From positions 1-61,590 of the forward strand of contig JAUCBJ010005828.1 in the NCBI GenBank assembly GCA_032718475.1: 61,590 nt of DNA. Direction: 5' to 3'. Below the pieces are notes generated by a model that was given only the letters and a program-made list of their open reading frames with translations, had not been told where the DNA came from and ran no database searches. Shown one piece after another: positions 1 through 10,532 of this stretch; position 1 is the stretch's first letter, and each line of letters starts with the position of its first letter. Origin of the DNA: Nemertoderma westbladi (Eukaryota > Animalia > Xenacoelomorpha). A program made the position numbers and the translations under genes.

Positions 1-176
1 CACCTTATGAAATTTTCATTTTTTTGGATTTAAAAATGTTCTTCGATAATTTTTTCACCTACAGCCCAAATTTCGTAGGATTTTATTGGATGATTACAAA
101 AATACAGCGGGGGGGCCGAATCGACCCCCCGCCAGTGCTGCTAATGGTCTAAACACCCCAGTGGTAATAGGGTTAA
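1..176. mobile_element. Right end of a piggyBac-like non-autonomous DNA element (truncated by the window edge)
   Basis: Ends in AGGG followed by TTAA (173-176), with a subterminal GGGGGG-CCGAATCGA-CCCCCC hairpin; this matches the CCCT terminus and TTAA target of piggyBac-type MITEs. Confidence 0.45.
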
Positions 177-832
177 TGGAACGTACCTTATAAGACCGAG
201 CTACAATAACCCCATAGCCAAGTCATCCAGGAGGCAAAGCAAACCAGTAACCTTAAAAATTCAATATACAAGTAGTGGACATAATCCCATTGAGTAAGCA
301 GCATAGGCCTACCCTATAAATCTCAGACAGACCCTGTGATAAAATGTGATATAACTTACTTAATGTTAATAAACCTCATAACCAACCCCCACCCCTTGTA
401 TTTCCATTAATATATTGTTACACGATATGGCACTACAAACACTTAGCCAGACCACTACGTCCTAATAGACATCCTTTATAACTCTGAACTATAGTATTAT
501 TAAACCATAGTTATTCAGACCCCCCCCCCCCTCTCTCTCTCTCCCCACCACCACCAAATTCCTTGCTCCCACTAATGCTATATTTAATTTTTTAACAGGA
601 ATCCAAGTAATGCAACAACTTATGAAAACATATGATATGATTTCTTTTGCAGCCATCCATTCTGGCCAATCATTTATTATTATCTTTATAACTTTCACAA
701 ACACAATGACAGGTCGACTGTGTGCAACCTTGTCGGATTCTGGAATGATTATTCTCCCCGATAAGATGATCTCTGGATCTCTAATTCCTACGAATTAGGG
801 AACCGTTAATTATGAATGAATGAATGAATGTG

Positions 833-945
833 GTCAAGCTTCCATTAACATTAAATACAGTATTCGGTCTTGGTAGCATTTACATGTAATCCAATCGCCC
901 TAGCAGCCCTCTCCACTTTATTCAGTAAAGTTGTGCATCTGACAG
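833..945 (-). mobile_element. Small RTE-LINE fragment
   Basis: Visibly similar to 7328-7441 (caagtttccattaacattaaa...ttcggtcttggtagcattta...ccactttatt...tgtgcatctg). Confidence 0.65.
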
Positions 946-1396
946 TTTCAGATTGATTGTAAAACATTACTTTACTTTAATACGTATAATGCTCAATGTG
1001 GAGCGGGATTGGACAACAAGAATAGCTTATATCAGTGCTTTCGTCATTGCAAATAATTACATAATATACCAGCACCATTGACAGAATATAAATCATGCAC
1101 AATAATCGTTTATAATATTTGAGTACAAATAATTAATTGGACCAGTATTCATACACACTTCACATACGAATATTTAAACATACGCAACACTCATACGCAA
1201 CAACATACCCACCTAAACACACAACTCAGGCGGCCAGACACAAACCAAGAGACCCCACCCTGCACCTACCGACACACAACGCGAATACTGACAGGCCCAT
1301 CGTTTCCGCAGTGAGCTTCTGCTCTTGCAAGGATATTGGCCGAATCGATAAAACCGTTATAATTTATTAAATACTGGCGCCCTTGTTACCGTTGTA

Positions 1397-1692
1397 TACA
1401 TAATTCAAATTAAATAAAGTGATAGAGCTGACCTTTCGGTAACGTTGAAAATTGATAGGTAAGGTATATTTCGGCCACAGGCCTTTATTCAACCTTCTAA
1501 CACAATGTCTGACTGCTGACACAACTGTAAAACCTACCCCTAATTCTAATTTTAAATTTTACAGTTGTGTCAGCAGTCAGACATTGTGTTAAAAGGTTGA
1601 ATAAAGGCCTGTGGCCGAAATATACCTTACGTATCAATTTTCAACGTTACCGAAAGGTCAGCTCTATCACTTCATTTAATTTTAATTATGTA
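1397..1692. repeat. Long near-perfect inverted repeat (arms about 136 bp: 1397-1532 and 1557-1692; 24-nt spacer), probable Penelope-like pLTR remnant
   Basis: Arms read as reverse complements with few mismatches; each contains a minimal hammerhead-like motif. Confidence 0.85.
1593..1628 (+). ncRNA. Minimal hammerhead ribozyme-like motif (variant core); mirror copy at 1461-1496 on the minus strand
   Basis: AAGG-TTGAATAAA-GGCC-TGT-GGCC-GAAA-TATA-CCTT: stem I AAGG/CCTT, stem II GGCC/GGCC, GAAA box, palindromic ATAT mini stem III; UUGA..AA replaces CUGAnGA. Confidence 0.5.
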
Positions 1693-1759
1693 AAACCGTA
1701 ATAAATCGGTAAAACATTAACACGCAGTATCAGTCTCTGGTACCATAGCCTAATGCTGT

Positions 1760-4040
1760 AATGCATACTTAGTACTGCTCGCTTTCATTCAGATCGAGAA
1801 ACAACCCCGGTAGACTGCCTCAACGATATTTTAATCGCTCACTAATATCCCAAATCCCTCCATCCGGAATGCCCAACTGGAGGATGTTGGGTAGGCAATC
1901 CTCCACCGCCTGGACGACCTACACACAGGTCAAGATGAGCTGCGGAAGGAAATCAGGGAGGTCTGTGAGCTACAGGATGAGTTTAGATACGAACTCAAGG
2001 AGGCACATCAGACTATCGTATCTAATACTGCACACATTTCCAACCTAGAGTCTGATAATGCAGTCCTTAATAAGCACAATGAGGCACTTCCACGAAAGAA
2101 TACCTTGCTCCAAGTAGAAAATGAGGAGCTGCAGGTCTAATAACGCCGTCACAACATCCTGGTCCACAACCTACCGGAGCAGAACAACTCTGCCAATGAG
2201 AGGGCCAGTCTCATCGCAGATGTTCTTACTCCACTTAAATTGACAATCAACTACGTTGATGTCTTCCACCGATTGGGAAACACGGTCCGCCCTCCAAGCT
2301 CGGTTAATGGATCTAAACCTCCTAAATCCCTCACAATGATCATCCGGTTCTACGGGAACAGTCAGCGCATCTGCACTCTTCAGAATAAAAGAAACTCGCT
2401 AAGCCAATCGCGATCACTGAGCACCTCATTATGAGTCGAGTGCTACTCGTTAAATCTGTTAGCGAATCCATCCGCTGCACACCACCCAGTGAGAGAATGG
2501 GGAACAGAGTGATTTACGAATCACAGCCAATATCCTATATCCAATATAATATTGCATACCAAGAAAGAATGTACTAGAATGAAGAATGTACTATCCAACT
2601 AAGTAAAGTACAAATGTACGGTATTCGTGGCACGGCTTTTTCGCTATTTTCTGATTATCTCACCGACCATAGGCGGGAGTGTGTATCTATAGATAACATT
2701 ATATCCTCTCTCAGGTCTATTTCTTGTGGTATCCCACAAGGGTCGGTTCTTGGGCCAGTCCTTTTTCTTCTCTATATTAATAACTTACCGAACTGCACAG
2801 CACATCCTCCCACGCAACTATCTTTGCCGATGACACCACTCTCATGCGACTTAACCGCAATCTGACTCCTCGTATCGAGTCTATGAACTACGACCGACCC
2901 TAACCTGCACTATGACTGTCTATGTGACAACCGACTAAGTTAAACATTGATAAGACCGAATACTTCCTATTTAAAAGGTCCAGATTCCAATCTCAATCTC
3001 ATGGTCTATCCATTAATAGCCAACCAATAAAATTTACATCCGCATTTAAGTACCTAGGTTAATTATCGACAATAATTTAATGTTTTGCGACCCTATAAGC
3101 TACGTTCTAGAACCTGAGGACTTTACTATAAATTTCGTCATATTCTCAGCCCACAGATTTTATGGATGGTCTTTTACTCGTTAATATATCTTTAATATAT
3201 ATAATACATCTACTACGATCTCATTGTCTGGGGTGGTACCTACAATTCTATCACCCAACTTTTGCGAAAAAAACCAAATAAAATTCTACGTTATATTCCA
3301 TTTAGCCACTACCAGTCCTCAGCCTTTCCAATCTACCAACAACTACGTATACTACCTCTAGATCAACTTTTCCAATTCCAGATCCTCTCACTAATGTACG
3401 ATATTCATAGTAACCCCACCCATCCCCTCTTCTACTTGTTACTAAGGCATCTTCAGTGCATTCCTACAACACCCGCTCTGCCTCCGCTGGTCTGTACCAC
3501 CTGCCATATGTCCGTCTTATTGTCCGTCACCAGTCTGTATCTGTTCAAAGCCCTTTACTCTGGAACTCCTTGCCACAAAATATCCGCAGCAGCTCCAGTC
3601 TGAATATCTTTAAATCAAAACTTAAGAAGTACTTGCTCAAAATCTTTTAATACCACAAGATACTGCCATAGATTTCATTTCAGATCAGTATTTCCCACCA
3701 AACTCGATTTTAGAATTATTTATACAAACCAGTAATAATATATTCACTCAAAACAGCTGATTTTACATACCTTTGCCTTTGCTAATTATATTTTAATATT
3801 TGACATTTATGCTGCCACAATTTCAGTCAACACCAGTTATACTACGACTCAGTCATGCGCTCTAAAATAAATATAAACATAACTCTTCCTCCTCCTCGGC
3901 ATGTGGGTGTTCCGAAGCCGAACTAGCGATTTGCTATAGCAGAGGACCACCCACACAGTACCCAGCAGATTACTACAGTCTGCTGTGCAATTATTCTTGT
4001 AATATTTCGTTTTGATTGAGGAATAATAAATTCAAATTTA
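1760..4040 (+). mobile_element. Decayed, internally deleted CR1-group LINE (ORF1 remnant plus RT C-terminal half plus 3' UTR)
   Basis: ORF1-type coiled coil followed by RRHNILVHNLPE, HRLG and IIRF motifs (about 1930-2350); RT motifs YGIRG, GIPQGSVLGPVLFLLYINNL, FADDT, HSYNTR...LWNSLP (2614-3650); many stops and frameshifts; ends in aataaattcaaatt. Confidence 0.85.
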
Positions 4041-4303
4041 ATTTCTGATAGCGCATGGTGATGTCATCCGCAAAGTCGGTGTCTGTGACGGTAGTCGCTG
4101 GATATCTGCTACTTTGGCGTTCTTGTCTGATACTTGTAGTATGAATCCCAGTTCTTTACCCTTTGTGGCAGTCTTCATTGCGTAATACAATACAATTATG
4201 AATAGTAATGGCGCCAATGTGTCACCTTGCAGTACGCCAGCCAATATTGACAAGAACTCAGTTGCACCATTTGGTAGAGTATCTGAACTTCTGTGTCACA
4301 ATA
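4040..4303 (-). mobile_element. RTE-LINE RT fragment
   Basis: GVLQGDTLAPLLFII and a frameshifted DTDFADD; related to 7450-7705. Confidence 0.8.
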
Positions 4304-4825
4304 TTGTTTGTAATATCATTTATGTTGGATAATATATTACAGAATCTATATTTGCATTCGGGGAGAAAAACAATAATAAAGGATATGAGATAGCAATATA
4401 GCATGTGGTTACAGGCAATTGAGTGATGATGTACGACTTATATGATGATGAAGTTTGAGATGTGGATGTAAGTCAATGTAAGAATACGTGGAGTCATGGG
4501 ACTAATTAACGTTTAGATACGGACGGCTTTACATGGGTACAACGGCCAAGGGGCGTGCAATTTGTAGATAGGTATTGTTATCGTGTTGGAAGTATGGAGG
4601 TTAGCTACTTTAGTTTATTGACTGCCTTGGTTAACCTACAGTAGTAAAATTGATAATAATAATAATAATAAATGCAAAATGAATAACCGGTAACACATGC
4701 AAATACCACAAGCAACTGGTAATGGCCTGTCCTAGATAAAATAATTATTCTAAATGATATGATATTAGGAAACAATAAGCTATTGTTTACACTTATTGTT
4801 TGCTGGGCTAGGGTTGCTGGGCTTG

Positions 4826-5078
4826 GGGGACTGGACGCAATTAAAATTAATCCTTCTCTAGGGGAAATTCGACGCAAATAACAGCTGATTACTCTCAAAA
4901 ATAAAACTGTGTACTCTCAAAAATAAAACTGTGACCTGTTCTATTGTGTTTAGTTTATTGTTTTGATTAAAATAACGTGCCACTGTAACCTGTTCCTTTC
5001 CCTAAATTGAGAATTTAACATAGAGGCGGGATATTAATTCGCCAAGATGGGATTTGCGTCCAGTTACCCCCCTGTCTC
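4826..5078 (+). mobile_element. MITE family A copy (about 250 bp; TIR agacagGGGG-aactggacgcaa)
   Basis: Close match to 58782-59036; right TIR ttgcgtccagttacccccctgtctc; 22-bp internal tandem duplication at about 4890-4933; further partial copies at about 5295-5385, 45825-45990, 46480-46645 and 61521-61590. Confidence 0.8.
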
Positions 5079-5739
5079 AGACGTTCAGGCATACTATCAA
5101 TCAACTTTTAAAATGCAACTTTGTTAATAATGTTCTGTGTGTTTATCACTAAAAAACTTTATTATTGGTGTTTCGGATGAATGAGAGGATTAATATAATT
5201 ATAACTTTCGTTGGGCACAGTTCAAAACAGGAAGATTCTATTTATTCGATCAATGGGTGTAAAATCTACACCGACAACCGACTGCCGACAAATATGAAAC
5301 TGTAACCTGTTCTAATGATCATCGTTTATAGTTTTGGTTAGAATTACATTCCATTGTAACCTGTCAATTGAAAATTAACAATTAACATTAATAGCGTCAA
5401 TAATGGTTGTCGCATGTCGGAATAGCGTTTTCACTCATGGAAAATAATTAATTATTAACACTACCGGTACTGCATGTGAACAGAAAGTTAAATTTTGTAA
5501 TAACAATAAGTAAACAACAAGTAAATAAATATGTAAAAAGTTGTAAAGTGTAAAAAAAAGTTGTCTCTTATTGTATAAAATATGTCATAAGTATTAATTA
5601 CAAATGCATGATGAAATAAAAAATATATCAAAACATTCAGTTAACAGTTCACAGTTAACATTATTCACTCAATAGCACTTCAAGAGCTTGATGCAAGAAT
5701 TTGCAAGAAACAGCAACAGAAAACAGAAACAGCACTTAT

Positions 5740-6560
5740 CTACACCCAAAATAATCAGCTGAATGGGTCACTATTGCGGATGTGATCCAGCAAGCTGCAC
5801 ACAGCGATGACATGCAGCTCAGACTGGACTTGACCACACTATCTCATCCAGTGATATGGTGGGGTTCTTGAACACCAGCCTGTCTCTCTAGACATGCTGG
5901 TGTTTGTCTATCTGGACAATAGTCTGAACCTTGTCCATTGAAGCCTATGCCACTCTTGAATATCCAAGCGTGACGAGTACATACAGAATAGGAGGATTAA
6001 GTTCAGGGTTCAAAGAACAGTGCAGTGTACGACGCGTCGATTTTGTGTTTTCTGTTGTGCAGCGGGAAATATTACTCCTATCAGTTTTTATATGGCAAAT
6101 GTGACTATTAATAATAATTGAATCAGAGGCTCGCCCCATTGGTATTCCCAAACTTCTCGAGAGATCAAAAGCGTACAGTAAAGGGACATGGAGCTTGGGG
6201 TTTCAACGCCGATGGTGGATTTCAACATGGAGAAGTACTGGCTGGTGATTGGAGACATATTCCCGCCAATCCAAGTCTCGCAGGGATATAAAGTTGCTGA
6301 GGTAACAGTACTAATAATTTCACCCATACCGGACAAGGGCAATGTTTGTACAGGAATGCGTGAAATTTTGACATATGTTTCAATTTCTCCCTTGTTTGTG
6401 ACTTGATGGCATTATTTATTCCACCGTCTTGACAAATACATGAACCTAAATATACATCTCCTCACAGTTTGAAACAACCAATGAAGATCCTTGGTCATTC
6501 TCAGGAATATCGCATTTGTCTTAATGTGAGCCATTTACCACAATGAATTTAGTCTTTTTA
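5740..6560 (-). mobile_element. Decayed RTEX-like LINE 3' half
   Basis: Manual minus-strand translation gives KKTKFIVVNG, YLGSCICQDG, SKFHAFLYKH..PVWVK, LYPCETW and a C-terminal CGQVQSELHVIAVC zinc-finger remnant, with stops and frameshifts. Confidence 0.65.
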
Positions 6561-6722
6561 GTGTTTATTTTCATATTAGTATCATCACAGAATTCGAGAA
6601 GAATTTGTAATTGTTCTAGTGCATGTTCAAATGGCTTCCTGACCAATAGGGCAGAGTCATCCATAAGGAGAAGACTGGAGAGTCTTCAAGAAACTGTCTC
6701 AATGCACTGTTTCAAACGGACC

Positions 6723-7780
6723 ACTACTACTACTACTAGGTCGATCGAACTCAGACAGTGGAAATGAGATCCTTCCTGGCTTCCCAATTCTCCATAGTTG
6801 TTGCAATTTCGTTTCTCCCAAATTCAGTATCCCTTTCGAGTAGATTTATATATGTTATGGCCAGTTGTCCACGACTACGCTTTCCATGAGTTGGTTGCCA
6901 GATAAGTAGATCTGGTATGACCTCGTCTTTACTTCGCCAGCAGTGCCCACTGAATCTTAATCTGCGTTCAAGGAGGGTGGTTGATACAGGTGGTATTGTA
7001 CCATAAAGCTCGGCATTTGTCATGTGTTGTCTCCAGCTGATGTTTAGGGCTGCCCTTAGTAGTCTTGTGTAGCAACCATCAATTCGTTGTTCAAGTGATT
7101 TAGTCAGTGTCCAGGTCTCAACCCCCATATAAAAATACACTTTCCACTGTGGCTTTAAAGAACTTAGTCTTCAGGTGCCTGGAGAGATCTGATTTCCAGA
7201 TGGTATCCATTTTTGATTGAGCTACCCAAGCCTTTGCTTTCCTAACTTCCATGTCTTTGCTACTCTCTATCCATGATCCAAGGTACTGGAAGTCATCGAC
7301 CTTCCTTAGTTGATTATTATCAATGGTTGTCAAGTTTCCATTAACATTAAACGTCATGAATTCGGTCTTGGTAGCATTTATATGCAATCCAACCTCATTA
7401 GCAGCCCTGTCCACTTTATTTAGTAGAAGCTGTGCATCTGCTAGCATATTAGAGAGCAGGGTGATGTCATCCACAAAGTCGGTGTCTGTGATTGTAGTTG
7501 CCAGATATCTACTACTTCTGCATTCTTGAAGTGTGAATCCCAGATCTTCACCCTTTGTGGCCGTCCTCATTGCGTAATCCATTGCGTAACCCAATTACAA
7601 ATAGTAATGGTGCTAATGTGTCACCTTGCAGTATGTCAGCCAGGATTGAGAAAAACCCAGTTTCACCATCTGGTGGGAGTACCTGTGCTTTTGTGTCACA
7701 ATATAACAATCCAATGCCAGCAACAATTACTTCTGGTATTCCATAAGCTCTTAGGATTTCAAACATATAATATGCATACC
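6723..7780 (-). mobile_element. 5'-truncated decayed RTE LINE
   Basis: ILRAYGIP, LQGDTLAPLLF, DTDFVDD, FQYLGSWI, ETWTLTK...RRLRFSGHCWR; (TAG)n 3' tail at 6723-6739. Confidence 0.9.
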
Positions 7781-7819
7781 AATATATGGTGTATCATTAT
7801 AAGTTTGTCTATTGATGTT

Positions 7820-9886
7820 ATTATCTATAGGGGTTTCCACGTCACTGGTAGTGTATATGCGTTTAGGCTCCACACCTTGCGCATTATTAGATTCAGACCT
7901 AAGAGGTTTAAATACAGTTACAGGAGGTGGTATACCTTTCTGTATTAATTGATCTATGGTTTTTCCTTGGTTTGGGATAACTCTGAAATTATCTTACTCA
8001 TCTCCCTTCGCCCCTACTCTATCCACTTGGCCGATTCCTTGGTCTGTGCCGACAGTGTTGCGTCGAGTGGTTGAGTCTGCGAGGCAATGGGAGACAATTA
8101 ATGTCCAAAGGATATTCTTTGCCCCACTTTTGTACTAGAAATAGGATTCTGCTACTCGTCAGGGGCGGATTAGTTTTCTCCAAAGGAAATTTCGAATCAG
8201 GTTCTAATATTAAGGGAGTCTCAGCTATTGGTGTAGAACTAATGACAGACCTATTTAATTTGGGCTCATCTAAGATGGTGGGAAACCTACCAGACTGAAT
8301 ATTTAAGGGTGTTAAATCACCAGACTTTAAATCAGGGTTGGCCAAGTCTCTTCTCACAGGTGGGGGTAAGTTAGGCAACTTGCGTCCTATTGGGGCCCGT
8401 CTGCATCCGTTCTAGTTGGATTTATAGGCCTAACTCGATGCCTAACCCTGATGAGGTAATGAATCCATATATTTAGGAGTTGCCCAGTTTCTGATTTTTG
8501 TTTTGGCTTCTTCTACTTGCTTTCTTCGTAGTTCCTGTTGTTCTTTAATAGTCTCTAGTTCCAATTTGGATAATGCTTCGGCGGTCTTTCTTGTTCTTTC
8601 GGCTTTCGTTGCTGCTGCTTTTCTTTCCACTTCAGCTTCTGCTGCCTTTCTTTCACCTTCCGCTGCTGCCTTTCTTTCGGTTCCGCTGCTGCCTTTCTTT
8701 TGCTTTCGGCTTCAGCTTCTGCTGCTTTTCTTTCTGCTTCTATCACTCTTTTTGTCTTTTCTAGGGCGATGAGGTCATTCTCAGTGATCTTGGCTTGTTC
8801 TGCCGCTTCCATCTCGGCATCCAGTTCATCCAAAATGAGGTTGGCTCCTTCACTCCTCGGGTCTAGACCAGCTAGACGTCGCCTCAATTCCTTATCTCCT
8901 ATGAATCTTTGATAATCAGATAAGTATATGTCTATAGCGTCGTTCTTAGGTGGTGCTTCGGGTGATTCTTCCTCTTCACCACACAAAAAGACAGCATCTA
9001 TTGATTCTCCATAAGCGAGTTTGATGTCCCTTGAACACGATCACTTACACATTGGAACAAGGTTTTTACTGCTACTTGTAGAGATGTACCCTGACTCCTC
9101 ATTGACGCTTCCTCAAAAGCCAACAAAATCAGCCGAATTCTCAATATACATTCACATACTTGATACAACAACTGACCTTGTTCTCTTTGATCTAGGTGAC
9201 CTCTGAACAACTGGATCTCCAGTCTCCCTATTGAATTGAAAAATCCTTGGACGTATCCAGATGTGGAGCACTACCATACAGCTTGATCTTGAGTGTCCCT
9301 TGCCACCTTCAACTGATGAAGTTCACTCCAGGGGGCATCGTATAGCCTGAAAGGTCTTCCAGGTCATGGAAAATTCCATTGGGTTTCCACAATTCCTTCT
9401 AATTCTTCATGCTGATAACCCGCGTAACTCTCCTTACTTGAGCGGCCATTATGTGTCAAATCAGCCAGATGCTCCACTATGGCTGGAAGGATTTGTATCA
9501 ATACTCCACTAGGAAGAATAAAGAGTGGGTTTGGGTTGGAATTATCCATCATATACTCCCTGACAGGCCACTGAGGGTGCCAACTCTTATGTGCTAGTAC
9601 TGTGACCACTAGGGTCTTTCTAGTGGCTGTCCTAAGCTGTCAGTTCAGGTTGATCTGAATTCGCAGCTGCTTGGTGTCGTTTTACCTGGGCCCTAGTACC
9701 TATAATTGACCTATGTTGGTCTACTAACTTAGGTTCAATAATGGTAATCACCATTATTAGAGGGATTTTTCTTACTGTAGGCAGGGTCTTAGCTCTCGCC
9801 TCAATGCTCTTTACTGAGCCGCTATCAGGGTCACAGACTCTCTGGTCTAATATGCTGACAGACAATATAGGTTTAGGACTAGACAT
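7820..9886 (-). pseudogene. Decayed long ORF with coiled coil and CCHC zinc-knuckle remnant (gag/ORF1-like, unclassified element)
   Basis: Co-oriented ORF pieces 9886-9632, 9609-9364, 8986-8555, 8630-8442 and 8378-8019 join by frameshifts and stops; E/K/A-rich coiled coil; C-A-R-C-G-A-*-T-H-I-H-Y-Q-* at 7883-7842 fits CX2CX4HX4C with the last Cys mutated to TGA. Confidence 0.5.
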
Positions 9887-10451
9887 ATTAAGGACTTAGA
9901 AACTATTTGCCTATTAATATTACATCAATACAGCAGTACATCTGATATTAACCAGTATTAAAACTGTTAGTCCTATAGGTACAATATTTTATTGTTACAC
10001 ACTTTGATATAGATAGATCACAGTTTATCAAAAACCGGTTTACAGTACACTATGTAAATAGTAGGCATATATATATAACCATTATTACAGAAGACCAATA
10101 TGAATCACGGAGTACCGGTATATGTGATCTGCCTAAATTATATAAATAAATAATAAGCTAACTGTATATACTCGTATTACCAATAATTTAATAATCGCAG
10201 ATTATATCAGATCACAGCAATTATTTCCTTTACTATATTGCAGTGATTAAGCAATAGACTTAGTGTATATTGAAAGACCTAGATCTGTAGATGTTATATA
10301 ACATGCCTATAAGGTTAATAAATTGAAATAAATTATTTATTTATTTATATATAATTATATATATATATACCCCACCCGCAGTGGATTTAGTCAATATTGA
10401 ATTTTTGAAATAGATGTTATTATTTCTGAGGTCAGAGGTTACAATAATGAT

Positions 10452-10454
<3 letters not shown>

Positions 10455-10532
<78 letters not shown>

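Noticed and set aside
5945-6406. Harbinger-type transposase or host ORFs
   Set aside because: Joining frames gives LINE ORF2 C-terminal motifs instead; the plus-strand ORF is an antisense shadow.
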